Source: a virus. Taken from it: 64,000 nucleotides of DNA. The notes under the pieces are model-generated. The model was not told the DNA's origin and did not search any database. It saw only the letters and a list, made by a program, of their open reading frames with translations. The stretch lies in the IMG/VR virus record IMGVR_UViG_3300010149_000001, positions 1 to 64,000 of that record; one strand, given 5' to 3'. Position numbers and translations under genes: made by a program. Shown here piece by piece: positions 9,974-20,153 of the stretch; the first letter of the stretch is position 1, and the number at the start of each line of letters is the position of its first letter.

Positions 9974-10372
9974 ATGAATGAAATGAGCAAAGCAAGAATC
10001 GCAGAATTGATTGAAGAACTGACCAACAAGACCGACACCCCATTGTTTGAGGCTAACACCGAAGGCAGACTTGGTGGCGGTATGCCACAGACCATTGGCT
10101 ACAACAATGTGTTTGCTGGTGCAAAGGGAATCCGAATCCTCACAGGTGCTGGAATCCCTCGCAAGTTCATCAACACCAAAGAAACATGGGGCAACGGCAG
10201 ATTCCCAACACGCTCTGCTTATGCTAAAATCGAGTTCCCTCATCACACCTCTCGTGATGACCAGACCTGCCTCTGTGGTTGCATGGAGATTGGTTCAGAG
10301 ATTGTCAAGACACTCCAAGAGATGGGCATCAAATCCCAGATGGGTGGCCGCACTTCTTGGCTTGACCGCTGA
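9974..10372 (+). CDS. Hypothetical protein
   Basis: 132 aa, AGGAG SD upstream. Confidence 0.65.
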   Translation: MNEMSKARIAELIEELTNKTDTPLFEANTEGRLGGGMPQTIGYNNVFAGAKGIRILTGAGIPRKFINTKETWGNGRFPTRSAYAKIEFPHHTSRDDQTCLCGCMEIGSEIVKTLQEMGIKSQMGGRTSWLDR

Positions 10373-10407
10373 GTGCTTCATAAGGGTGGGAATCCCCCCT
10401 GTGGGAT

Positions 10408-11211
10408 ATGAGCATCACGCCAAACTCGTCTGAACTGAGCCGAACTGCTGACATCATGGTGTCGGCTGATGAATTAAGTGCATCCCTATCTGCCATCATC
10501 ACGGACAATCCACCAGCACCTGTGCGGCTGATGCTCACCCAATCCACAGGCTTGAGCGTCTGGACTTATGACAATGCCAAGACTCTCCAAGTTCTGGTTG
10601 ACAACAAGCGGCTCAAAGGACTCAAGGTCAAAGACGACTGTATTTTGTTGGTCGAACCCAAAGCATTCTCTGAACTGCTGTCGGCCAAGTTCTCTGGTCA
10701 GAATGTTCGCATCCAGACATCGGCAAACAAGCCCATCACAGTCAAAACAAAGGCTGGTGGACAGGCTGTGTATCATGCGGCTGATGAGGATGAATGCCAT
10801 ACCGTTCCAGACCATTGGAGGCTCAAGAAGGACTCCAGCGGCACATACACATATCCGATGTTTGAGGATGAGTCCAGCACCTTGATTGTCAAGGTATCTC
10901 GCTCTGAACTCCAGCGTGGATTGGTTGACATGCAAGTGGCGAAAGCACCGTATGTCGTGTTTAGTTTTGGCAAGAAGTCAACCTGCTCATCTGGGCATTG
11001 GGGGGCAAAGTCAAATCAATCCACTTCACCGATTGAAGCAGACATCATACAAGGCTCTGGAGAGGTCTGTTTCACCTCCAACCTCACTACTATCCTCAAG
11101 GCTCTTGACGGCGATTCTATCACCATTCAGAAGCATGATAAAGGGACATTCCTTGTCCTTGATGCTGACACCACATCTATCGTGGCGACAGAGGCAATCC
11201 GTGAGGTGTGA
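10408..11211 (+). CDS. PCNA-like sliding clamp (divergent)
   Basis: 267 aa with two-domain alpha/beta pattern; RFC subunits and a PIP-bearing PolB are in the same module. Confidence 0.6.
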   Translation: MSITPNSSELSRTADIMVSADELSASLSAIITDNPPAPVRLMLTQSTGLSVWTYDNAKTLQVLVDNKRLKGLKVKDDCILLVEPKAFSELLSAKFSGQNVRIQTSANKPITVKTKAGGQAVYHAADEDECHTVPDHWRLKKDSSGTYTYPMFEDESSTLIVKVSRSELQRGLVDMQVAKAPYVVFSFGKKSTCSSGHWGAKSNQSTSPIEADIIQGSGEVCFTSNLTTILKALDGDSITIQKHDKGTFLVLDADTTSIVATEAIREV

Positions 11212-11214
11212 AAC

Positions 11215-11460
11215 ATGAGTGGACTATACGACCCAAACAAGAACAAGTTTGACCTCAATGCGGCTGAAATGATGCTTGGCATTGATGATAATGAACGCAA
11301 CAGAATCCGCATGGCGGTTGCCATTGACTTGCTTCTGGCTCACGCTGGAATCACGGATGAGCAAATCAAGAAAGCGTATGAAGAACGCATCAAGAATGAT
11401 GTGTCAGACACAGCGGCCACTCTGTCATCCCTCGTCGGTTCATTTGAGAAGGATGATTGA
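11215..11460 (+). CDS. Hypothetical protein
   Basis: 81 aa, GAGGTG SD. Confidence 0.65.
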   Translation: MSGLYDPNKNKFDLNAAEMMLGIDDNERNRIRMAVAIDLLLAHAGITDEQIKKAYEERIKNDVSDTAATLSSLVGSFEKDD

Positions 11461-11472
11461 GAGTGATAATCA

Positions 11473-12651
11473 ATGATGCCCAGATTCAAGGACTTCGACA
11501 GGCTCTGTCATCATCTGGGATTCTCAACATTCCCTCGCTCAATCGGCAATCCTCGTCAGAACTTCACATACACGACTGAGGACATCTGGAGTCAGATGCG
11601 AAAGTGGAATGGCGAATCCTCGTGCTTCATCTCGACTCAAGGATATGAGAACCTAATCTATGAGCAGGGCGGCAGACAAGTGCCTCGCTCAATCATCTAT
11701 GGTCTGACATTCTTTGACTTCGACCACGAGACAAAAGCAGAGAACGCCTTTGCTGATGCCCAGAGATTGAGTCAGTTCCTTCGCCAGCATAATGTCGCAC
11801 ATTGGGTGCAATACAGCGGCTCTAAGGGGTATCATTTGCAGATAGTCCACGAGCCAACCAGATTCAAGTTTGACCCTAAAGACGGGTCAGCAGAGAACCT
11901 CAGAGAGATTATTCACCAAGTCCAAGCACATCTGAAAACCACACTTGGTCTGAACACATTGGATGCTCAAACAATGGGCGACCCAAAGCGACTTTGCAGA
12001 ATGCCGTTCACAGCCCATGTTGACAGACACGGCAAAACCTCTGGGCGTTATGCGACACCTATTGAACTCGATACGCTGGATGAAGTCAGCCATGATGAAA
12101 TCGTGAAATCAGCAACCACTCCAAACTTCTTTTTCCCAACAATCTCTGGAGACAAACTGAATCTCAAGGACTTCATTGATTTGATTGGGGTCAATCTGTC
12201 AGCACCAGAGACCAGAATCAAACCGATGATTGAGTATGACTTTGGATTCAACGATGTCAAATCAGAGACAGCCAGATTCCTCGCCAGCATGGACAACAAG
12301 TGCATGGGCGTGGTCAATGAACTCAAGAGAAGGAATCCCAATCATAAGGCCAGAGTTCACTCAGCGATGTTTGCCAAGAGCATTGGCATCACTCCAGAAG
12401 CCTTTGAACGCATCTGGGTATCAATCGGTCAGAAGGTTGGATATGTGGACTTGCATAACGCTGAGTATCGTGCGTTTCAGATGGCATCCATCTTTGACAA
12501 CGAGCGTATGACAACGCCAGCATCATGCTCAACACTCAAGCGAGATGGTTGCTGTGTCGGTGCTATCTGTCCCAAGTTCAAGGACACAGAAGAGTTCTAT
12601 GCAGACCAAGAATCAAGCAGAAAAATCAAACGAAGGTGGCGAAAAAAATGA
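11473..12651 (+). CDS. Archaeo-eukaryotic primase, PriS fused to a PriL-like Fe-S domain
   Basis: FFDFD, YSGSKGYH, DPKRLCRMP; C-terminal C...SCSTL...CC...CP. Confidence 0.85.
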   Translation: MMPRFKDFDRLCHHLGFSTFPRSIGNPRQNFTYTTEDIWSQMRKWNGESSCFISTQGYENLIYEQGGRQVPRSIIYGLTFFDFDHETKAENAFADAQRLSQFLRQHNVAHWVQYSGSKGYHLQIVHEPTRFKFDPKDGSAENLREIIHQVQAHLKTTLGLNTLDAQTMGDPKRLCRMPFTAHVDRHGKTSGRYATPIELDTLDEVSHDEIVKSATTPNFFFPTISGDKLNLKDFIDLIGVNLSAPETRIKPMIEYDFGFNDVKSETARFLASMDNKCMGVVNELKRRNPNHKARVHSAMFAKSIGITPEAFERIWVSIGQKVGYVDLHNAEYRAFQMASIFDNERMTTPASCSTLKRDGCCVGAICPKFKDTEEFYADQESSRKIKRRWRKK

Positions 12652-13508
12652 GCAGAAAGACAAAGAAAAAGACGGACTTCTTGAAGTCAGATGACGAGAT
12701 TAACGACAGACTTGATGGCAATCTGAGTCAGCGACTTGGATTGTTGCGAGCAATCATGTCAGAACTGAATATCGAATGGGCGGATATTGGACTCAATACT
12801 CTGTCTGGCAAGAATCTGGTCAGCAGGGCTGGCGCAGAACAAATCGGCACAGCAATTGTTGGTGAACTTCTGGGTCGCCAGCGAAAGGTTGACCATCGTG
12901 AACATTGGCTCATCAAGTCATATCTGGCTGGACTTGGATTTGAAATCAGCCACCTTCACACAGGACAGGGCGATGTTGCATCCAGCAAGGTCAGCATCGA
13001 GCGAAAGGAGGATGACCTTCTGCCATCACTCTTTGACGACAGGAGGCTCAGACAATTGGGGGCTATGCGTGAAGAAGCAGAACACTCATTCATCGTCATC
13101 ACCAAGTCATGGGAGGACATCAAACGAGATGCGGCTGAGAAGAATATGTCAACCAGAACTCTGCTTGGCTACATCGCCAGCCTTTGCTCAATCGGCTATC
13201 CTCCGATATTCATGCCAGACCATTATGATGCGGCGAATCTGATGCACAGAATCGTTGAAAAAATCGAGGATGACAAGACCAGAATGTATGTTCCCAGACC
13301 CAAAGCACCCAAGCCCAAAGAGTATCGAGATGCGATGGTTGAGGCTCTGCCAAAGGTCGGCTATCAGACCAGAAAGAAACTGATTGAGAAGTTTGGTTCT
13401 CTGGCTGGGATTGCCAACGCAACCGTTGAGCAGTTCAAGGAGATTGAAGGAATCGGTTCTGCCACAGCAGAGAAGGTTTATGCTGTATTCCACGAGGGAG
13501 ACCTATGA
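12648..13508 (+). CDS. ERCC4/XPF-family nuclease with HhH2
   Basis: GD...IERKEDDL..S..D.R..Q; PKVG and EGIG HhH motifs. Confidence 0.85.
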   Translation: MSRKTKKKTDFLKSDDEINDRLDGNLSQRLGLLRAIMSELNIEWADIGLNTLSGKNLVSRAGAEQIGTAIVGELLGRQRKVDHREHWLIKSYLAGLGFEISHLHTGQGDVASSKVSIERKEDDLLPSLFDDRRLRQLGAMREEAEHSFIVITKSWEDIKRDAAEKNMSTRTLLGYIASLCSIGYPPIFMPDHYDAANLMHRIVEKIEDDKTRMYVPRPKAPKPKEYRDAMVEALPKVGYQTRKKLIEKFGSLAGIANATVEQFKEIEGIGSATAEKVYAVFHEGDL

Positions 13509-14335
13509 GCAAGAAGTTCATCATCCACAGGCGAGACAAGTTCAACGCTGGAGACATGGCATCATGTCCCAAGCAGTATTTTGAATGGCTTGACGATTGG
13601 CAGGTCATTGACATCACAGGAATCCAATGGTTCAATCTCAACGATTCTCATGTGATTCTGGGAGGTGGAGGACTTCTCTATGACGACTTTGAGCCGTTCA
13701 TGATGAAAATACTTGGGTCAAGATTGAGGTCGCTCACACTCTGGGGAATCGGCAGAAACCGACACGGCAGAGATGACACAGACCTGCCCAGATTTGGTCA
13801 GATGTTGCTGGACAAAGCAGACTTGGTTGGACTCAGAGATTGCATGATTCACGATGATTGGATTCCCTGCCCATCTGTGATGCACCATCTGTTTGATGAA
13901 CCGATGAAAAAGAATGGCAAAATGGCTGTCCAGCACAGAGAGGACAGGTTCAGATGGAAACCACCAACCGACTTCATGGAGGTCAAAATGCAAGGCAACA
14001 TTGATGCTCTGATTGAAGAGATTGCCAGCGCAGAGGTTGTCATGTCATCGTCATATCACGGTGCGCTCTGGGGGCTATGTGCGGGTGCAAGGACATGCTC
14101 TGTCAATGGATTCAGTCAGAAGTTCAAACATGGATTGCCTCACACAGTTTTCCACACAGAAGTTCATGACACAGCAAACAAGAATTGGATGACTCCATCC
14201 TTCTTTGATTCGATTCCAGAAAACAAAACTTGGCTGGCAGAAGCCAGAAAGCGCAGTATCGAGTTCAATACGCAAGTGCAAGAACTCGTTTCCAGAACCG
14301 ACTTCTCGATTTATGACCACACTCTGAACAAATGA
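13505..14335 (+). CDS. Polysaccharide pyruvyl-transferase-like (GT-B fold) protein
   Basis: NAGD, GGGGLL, WGIG, GLRD, PCPS, SSYHG. Confidence 0.7.
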   Translation: MSKKFIIHRRDKFNAGDMASCPKQYFEWLDDWQVIDITGIQWFNLNDSHVILGGGGLLYDDFEPFMMKILGSRLRSLTLWGIGRNRHGRDDTDLPRFGQMLLDKADLVGLRDCMIHDDWIPCPSVMHHLFDEPMKKNGKMAVQHREDRFRWKPPTDFMEVKMQGNIDALIEEIASAEVVMSSSYHGALWGLCAGARTCSVNGFSQKFKHGLPHTVFHTEVHDTANKNWMTPSFFDSIPENKTWLAEARKRSIEFNTQVQELVSRTDFSIYDHTLNK

Positions 14336-14370
14336 AAACGGGGTCGGCGTTGTCTTTTTTGCTCAAAATA

Positions 14371-14428
14371 GGGAACAAAAGCGTTGATATTCAGAACTCT
14401 TTATAGGGGGGAACTGCCAGCATCAAAC
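14371..14428 (+). promoter_or_regulatory. Class-E promoter (representative): RGAACAAAAnCATTGA(G/T)AT-N~10-TATA-like-N~22-ATG
   Basis: Copies at + 3261, 9780, 14371, 15027, 28755, 34980, 37630, 39948 and - 30408, 43059, 45770, 49665, 57036, 58074. Confidence 0.8.
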
Positions 14429-15013
14429 ATGGCGCAAGCGGCGACAATCAACATGAGCGCAAACAAGCGCACTCTATGGGAAAACACGCAAGTGTCCATT
14501 CCTGTTGTTGGTGAAATGTCGGCACTTGAAGCAATTGAGTTCCTCGCTGAATCATGCACCACCATGATTGCTCAATCATACGGGGTCAAACTGCCTAAAG
14601 TTCGATTCACTTTCAGACAAAAGCAATCCGCCAAGACTCAGACCGCTGAGAACATTGACTTTGAATACGGTGCATTGTTTCACTTTCCAGACTCATCCAC
14701 TCGACGAACTGTTGACATCTCAATGAACTACAAGTTCAGCGACTTGACAGAACTGTCCAACAACGACTTGACAACCGATGAAGGACAAATGCTTATCCAC
14801 AGCATCATCCGAATGATGTGCCACGAACTCATCCACGCCAAGCAATACGCCTCTGGAGAATTGAACACCAACATGGATGGCGACTATATCTGGAACGGAG
14901 AAGTCGTTTCAATCAACACTCCATACATGGAACAACCTCACGAGATTGAAGCACATGACGGCGACGGATTCTATGCTGAACACATGATGGCCTTCATCAT
15001 GGCACACCAATGA
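14429..15013 (+). CDS. Zn metallopeptidase (HEXXH)
   Basis: CHELIHAKQY...PYMEQPHEIEA. Confidence 0.75.
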   Translation: MAQAATINMSANKRTLWENTQVSIPVVGEMSALEAIEFLAESCTTMIAQSYGVKLPKVRFTFRQKQSAKTQTAENIDFEYGALFHFPDSSTRRTVDISMNYKFSDLTELSNNDLTTDEGQMLIHSIIRMMCHELIHAKQYASGELNTNMDGDYIWNGEVVSINTPYMEQPHEIEAHDGDGFYAEHMMAFIMAHQ

Positions 15014-15084
15014 TTGAGCCGAATATAGGAACAATAGCATTGATATTGCGAAGTCCTTAATAGGGGGAACTCCCAGCACTAATC

Positions 15085-15453
15085 ATGGCGCAAGCGACCA
15101 CCCACTCCCTTCAACGAGCCGACGAGAGACTTGTTGGTGCAGAAGCACAGAAGGTCAACCAAGCAATCGCATCTGCTTGCGCTAAATACGGTAACAAGTC
15201 CATTGGCATCATCGCTCACCGCTTAGACTCCCAGAGAGGACAAGCATGGGGCAACAAGTCCAACGGCGACTGTGTTGTAGCAATTGTTCGCAACGGACAG
15301 GTCAAGACTGTCTATCTCCGCAGAGCAACCCAGACCTTCGACCTTTCAGTCAGCCGCACCGATGTATTGGTTGACATGACAGGAACTGTCTTGAAAGCAC
15401 CAATCATGGGTCGCCAGAACCGTGATGTCCCATTCAACCCATTCAACATGTGA
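15085..15453 (+). CDS. Hypothetical protein
   Basis: Leaderless ATG after class-E promoter. Confidence 0.75.
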   Translation: MAQATTHSLQRADERLVGAEAQKVNQAIASACAKYGNKSIGIIAHRLDSQRGQAWGNKSNGDCVVAIVRNGQVKTVYLRRATQTFDLSVSRTDVLVDMTGTVLKAPIMGRQNRDVPFNPFNM

Positions 15454-15462
15454 GATGATACA

Positions 15463-15714
15463 ATGAGCCTTGACAACCCAAACCAAATTGACCTAAACGA
15501 CTATGACATTCCAGAGACCTATGAGTTCAGAGGCTATGAGTATGACCTATGGAGAGCGACCACAGAAGAGTGGTATGCTCGCACAGAAGCACACGGAGTC
15601 CGTGATGGCTACGCAGAGCGCATGTATGGCGTGAACCGAGCATGTGTCAAGAAGTGGGTCATTGACGGCGTTGAAATCTGGTGCGTCTATGCTCGCTATG
15701 TCAGCGGCTACTGA
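15463..15714 (+). CDS. Hypothetical protein
   Basis: 83-aa ORF in operon. Confidence 0.65.
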   Translation: MSLDNPNQIDLNDYDIPETYEFRGYEYDLWRATTEEWYARTEAHGVRDGYAERMYGVNRACVKKWVIDGVEIWCVYARYVSGY

Positions 15715-15725
15715 GAGGGATTACA

Positions 15726-16130
15726 ATGATAACTAAGACAATGAAGGGCGAATGGTCTCAAGCAACATGGGATTCATATCCTCTGAATACATTGGTTCGC
15801 TTTGATAGTGAGAAGTATTTCAAAATGCCAAACGGTCATGTCGCACATATCTCTGACAACACCGCTGACATATATCACGATTGGAACAACGCTGTTGGAT
15901 GCGATGAACAAATTATTTTCCATACGGTGAAAATTGTTCCAGAAGCGATGGAGTTTCAAGGCGAAACAAAAGACAAAATGTTCACGCCAACGACTCGCCA
16001 TGACGAGCGAGGATTCACCAGCAAAAGCACTCTGACAGACATCATCACATACCTAAGCAACGACTATGCTGGTGAAGTGGCGAGTGAGGTTCAGAACCAT
16101 CAGACTCACATCACACTATACAAGGATTGA
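15726..16130 (+). CDS. Hypothetical protein
   Basis: GAGGG SD before ATG 15726. Confidence 0.65.
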   Translation: MITKTMKGEWSQATWDSYPLNTLVRFDSEKYFKMPNGHVAHISDNTADIYHDWNNAVGCDEQIIFHTVKIVPEAMEFQGETKDKMFTPTTRHDERGFTSKSTLTDIITYLSNDYAGEVASEVQNHQTHITLYKD

Positions 16131-16159
16131 TTATAACGGTGGGACAATCCCCTCAGAGT

Positions 16160-17182
16160 ATGCTCTGGGCAGAATCATACCGACCACAGACTCTGGATGA
16201 TGTCATAGGCCAAGACCATATCATCAAACGATTGAAGTTCATGATTGAGCAATTGCACTCATCTGGAGGCGATGGAGGATTCCCTCATCTGATGTTCGCT
16301 GGCAACGCTGGGACAGGCAAAACCTCAGCGGCTATGGCTCTGATGAGGTCAGCATTCGGTGATGATTGGAGGTCGAACTTCATGGAACTCAACGCATCTG
16401 ACGAGAGGTCAATCCAAGTCATCAGAACCAAAGTCAAGGACTTCGCCAGACGAGGTGTGATTGGTCAGTATCTGGTGAATGGCAAAGTTCGTCAGATTCC
16501 ATTCAATGTGATATTCTTGGATGAGTGCGATAACCTCACTCCAGATGCTCAAGCATCGCTCAGACGAATTATGGAACTCCACTCAAAGACGACGAGGTTC
16601 ATCCTGTCGTGCAATTATCCGCATAAACTGATTGACCCTGTGAAGGACAGATGTGCATTCTCTGACACTCGATTCAGACCAATTGCCAAGAAAGACATCT
16701 CAGAGGCTCTCAGAGGCGTTGCAGAGCGTGAGGGTCTGGATATACGCCCAGATGCAATTGAACGCATTGGAGAGGTCTCCAGAGGCTCTATGCGTAAAGC
16801 ATTGAACACATTGTTCGCAACGACCAGAGTGCCGATGACAGCGACGATTGATGATGTTGATGAGGTCGTGGCTGAACTCAGCCCACAGGCCAGAACCAGA
16901 CTACTCCAGACGGCATTCAAAGCGGCGAGTGAAACAGACCCAGCCAAGTATCGAGAACTCGCCAGACGAATGGACAAGCAGGTCGAAGGTCTGGCTGAGT
17001 CTGGATTCTCTGGCTCAGACATTCTGGATTCAGTTTTCAGAGCATGTGCGGCAGACAACAAAATGCCTGTGGCAATTCAACGCACGATATTCAGTTCAAT
17101 TGGCGATGCCTTGCATCATGCCAGCATATCCCAAGACGACATTCTGACCGTGAAAGCGTGGTTAAGGAGATTGAAAATATGA
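16160..17182 (+). CDS. rfcS: Replication factor C small subunit (clamp loader)
   Basis: WAESYRP, GNAGTGKT, ELNASDER, LDECD, AQASLRR, RFILSCNY, DRC. Confidence 0.93.
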   Translation: MLWAESYRPQTLDDVIGQDHIIKRLKFMIEQLHSSGGDGGFPHLMFAGNAGTGKTSAAMALMRSAFGDDWRSNFMELNASDERSIQVIRTKVKDFARRGVIGQYLVNGKVRQIPFNVIFLDECDNLTPDAQASLRRIMELHSKTTRFILSCNYPHKLIDPVKDRCAFSDTRFRPIAKKDISEALRGVAEREGLDIRPDAIERIGEVSRGSMRKALNTLFATTRVPMTATIDDVDEVVAELSPQARTRLLQTAFKAASETDPAKYRELARRMDKQVEGLAESGFSGSDILDSVFRACAADNKMPVAIQRTIFSSIGDALHHASISQDDILTVKAWLRRLKI

Positions 17183-17475
17183 GTGATGATAACAGCGAGA
17201 TAATGTTCCTATTGAAAGAGCGATTGCAGATTGGCAGAGACCGATATGGTCATGGCATCAGAGTGATGGATGACACACGCTCATGGGGAACTCCAGCAGA
17301 TTCTTGGGCAGAGATGGGACTTGAAGAAGCCCTTGACCTGTGCTTGTATCTGAGTGCGGCGTTGGTTCGCATTCGTCATGCTGATGAAATCAAACACGAT
17401 GCACCTCCAGCCCCATCTGATAAGAAGGTGGGACTCATAGGGAGGGCGATAGCATGGATAAAGAGCCACTTCTGA
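17179..17475 (+). CDS. MazG-like nucleotide pyrophosphohydrolase
   Basis: G..RYG...W....EEALD...Y pattern. Confidence 0.55.
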   Translation: MSDDNSEIMFLLKERLQIGRDRYGHGIRVMDDTRSWGTPADSWAEMGLEEALDLCLYLSAALVRIRHADEIKHDAPPAPSDKKVGLIGRAIAWIKSHF

Positions 17476-20153
17476 TTATCGCCATTGACTATGAGGAACA
17501 ACCAGAGTTCATCACCAAAATCCGATGCAAGGGTCTGGATGGTCGCTCTCATGTTCTCAGAGTGAAAGCACCACAGCCCAGATTCTGGACAGCCAAGAAT
17601 CCAAACGGGATGGTCATTCCAAAGCAAATCAAATCAATCAAACCGTCTGTCAAGACTTCTGTTCAAGGTGAACCACTCTGGGAGATTCGTGTTGACCTGC
17701 CATCTCAGATTCGTGAGGTTCGTGAGTTCTTCTATCCACATTATTGTTCAGATGTTTCATGGCCGAATCTGGTCAGATGGATTGCTGGTTGGGGTGCGGT
17801 TATCGAGGTCAATACGGACAAACTGAAATCCACAGCAGAAATCCTCCGCCCCGTTCACATCAAAAAATCAAATCACGATTTGTCAGAGTTCAAACTGAAC
17901 GCTCTGTATTATGACATTGAAACAGCAGATTCTCTGGACATGGAGGGAACTCCAGAACCGATTGTCTCCATAGCCATCTATGACGAGGCCACAGACACTC
18001 ACGAATGTGCAACAATACGCCACACCAGCGAGCGTCAAGTCAGACGATTCATGTCCAGCCAGAAGGCTCTGGAGTCCGTTGTTGAGCATAAGAATCCAAT
18101 CCCACCGCTGGTGGCTGAAAGAGTCCATGTGCATAACATGGAGGGCGAGGATGATATTGAGCGAGAGGCGGCACTTCTTCATTGGTTCAAGCGAATGCTG
18201 GACAAGTATGACCCAGATGTCATCGCTGGTCAAAACATTCTGGGCTATGACAACCCGTATGTCAAGAACCGATGTCGCAACCAACGCAGAGCGATGGAGA
18301 GGGAACACAGAGGTGCAGTTCCTGTCTGGGCAACCTATCCCAAACTGTTCACCAAACACAAAGGGCTGATGCCCTCGTTTGATACCAAGAAGGTCTATGC
18401 AGAGCAGGTTCAAGGTGCGGCGGCTACAACAGGGTCAGCCAGCCTTGCATGGATGGGAGAGTCCACTCTGGGCTATGGCAAAGTGCCACGCACATCAATC
18501 AAAGAGATGATGAAAAACGACCCGATGATGTTGGCTGTGTATAACATCTGGGACAATGTGGTGGCGGCTCGCTGTATGCAGAAACTTGACCTGCTGGCGT
18601 TTTATCAGATGAAGGTCGGATTCCATAACTCAACAATCCATGCGGCTCACAGCAACATGATGCTGGTCGAGGACATGATGGGACACTTGCTCTGGGACAG
18701 GGATTCTGTCATGCCATCGCTTGATGTTGCTCGCTCTCAATTGAAGTCTGGAGGAATCAGTCAAGGTGGATTCGTCATGGGCGCACCATCTGGCATCTGG
18801 AGGAACGCATTTGAATTGGATAACTCAATGGAATACCCATCTGTGATTATCACATGCAACGCTGACATCAGCACCAAAGTCAACCCAGAGGATTATCCAG
18901 ACGGTTATCCATTCCCTGTGGCAACAACACCGCTGGGAACGGTCTATCGCCAAGACATTGAGGGATTGATGCCCAATATCCTCAGAGGTCTGGCTGGCGA
19001 GCGTGAGCGTGTCAGAGGCGAGATGCGGGTTGCATTTGAATCTGGGAATGATGAACTTGGCAAGCGACTCGACCAACGACAGCGGGTCATGAAAGAGAAC
19101 ATGAACTCGTGGTATGGAGTTCTTGGTTCTGGTGCGACAGAAAAAACTGCGGGCAGACCGTTCAGAATGGTTGATGGAGATATTGGCTCTGATATAACAG
19201 ACATCGCCAGACGACACAACGATTGGAACAAGCACCTCATCAATCGCATCACACTTCTATTCAGCAAGGATGGCATCTATCCAGACCCAGAAGCATTGAG
19301 ACATCAAAACATTGATAGACTCCCATCTCATGGCGAAGGTGATGCGGAGGTCGTGCGACTCCGTTTTGAGACCATCTATCAAGACACAGATTCATGCAAG
19401 ACAGCCATCGTCAATCACGATGAGGCTGAGGCCAAAATCAGACCGTTCACTCCAGAGGACATCATGTCATGTGCAAACATCATGACCAAAATCCTCAACG
19501 ATTCCTATGATGAGTTTGTTCAGACAACGATTGGAGTTCCTAAGAATGAGTTTTTCAAAGTGAAGCCAGATGCCTATTATGCCAGATACTTTCAATGGGG
19601 AGTGAAGAAGCGATACGCCTATGTTGACTTCGATGGCAAACATGGTTATCGTGGTGTTGAGATGCGACGGTCATCCTCACCGCAGGTTGTCAAGTCATGT
19701 CAAGAGCGATTGTTCAATGCAATTTTGAATGGCGATTCCAGAACTGAACTCAACGGACTCATCAGAGATATTGAATCCGATATGTTGGATGAGACCTTGA
19801 CTTCTGCTGGAGACTTTGGACAACCGATGGGAATGAAGAAAGAAGGAACTCAAGCATACAAGGCGGCGATGTGGTCAAACAAAAATCTGGGAACTCAGTT
19901 TAATCTGGGAGACAAACCCGTCATGTATCTGTCATCTAAGACCAAGAACGGACTCCCAGCCAACAGGCTGGTGGCAATCGAATGGGGCGACTCTCCAGAG
20001 GACTACGGCATAGTCGTGGACAGAGCCAAAGCGATTGAGAAGTTCTTTGTTGACTCCAATTCATTCACTCAGATTCTGGGTGCTGTGGGAACATCATGGA
20101 AATCCGCCAGAGCAGGGATGAGTCAGTCCAGCATGAGCGAGTGGTTTCGATGA
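17454..20153 (+). CDS. polB: Family B DNA polymerase
   Basis: Exo DIET, N...YD, YN..D; pol DNSMEYPS, KENMNSWYG, YQDTDS, KKRY; C-terminal PIP box QSSMSEWF. Confidence 0.95.
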   Translation: MDKEPLLIIAIDYEEQPEFITKIRCKGLDGRSHVLRVKAPQPRFWTAKNPNGMVIPKQIKSIKPSVKTSVQGEPLWEIRVDLPSQIREVREFFYPHYCSDVSWPNLVRWIAGWGAVIEVNTDKLKSTAEILRPVHIKKSNHDLSEFKLNALYYDIETADSLDMEGTPEPIVSIAIYDEATDTHECATIRHTSERQVRRFMSSQKALESVVEHKNPIPPLVAERVHVHNMEGEDDIEREAALLHWFKRMLDKYDPDVIAGQNILGYDNPYVKNRCRNQRRAMEREHRGAVPVWATYPKLFTKHKGLMPSFDTKKVYAEQVQGAAATTGSASLAWMGESTLGYGKVPRTSIKEMMKNDPMMLAVYNIWDNVVAARCMQKLDLLAFYQMKVGFHNSTIHAAHSNMMLVEDMMGHLLWDRDSVMPSLDVARSQLKSGGISQGGFVMGAPSGIWRNAFELDNSMEYPSVIITCNADISTKVNPEDYPDGYPFPVATTPLGTVYRQDIEGLMPNILRGLAGERERVRGEMRVAFESGNDELGKRLDQRQRVMKENMNSWYGVLGSGATEKTAGRPFRMVDGDIGSDITDIARRHNDWNKHLINRITLLFSKDGIYPDPEALRHQNIDRLPSHGEGDAEVVRLRFETIYQDTDSCKTAIVNHDEAEAKIRPFTPEDIMSCANIMTKILNDSYDEFVQTTIGVPKNEFFKVKPDAYYARYFQWGVKKRYAYVDFDGKHGYRGVEMRRSSSPQVVKSCQERLFNAILNGDSRTELNGLIRDIESDMLDETLTSAGDFGQPMGMKKEGTQAYKAAMWSNKNLGTQFNLGDKPVMYLSSKTKNGLPANRLVAIEWGDSPEDYGIVVDRAKAIEKFFVDSNSFTQILGAVGTSWKSARAGMSQSSMSEWFR

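Noticed and set aside
17454-20153. Intein or intron in polB (also considered for terL and the helicase)
   Set aside because: Lengths are normal; no C...HN-C/S/T splice motifs or LAGLIDADG blocks seen
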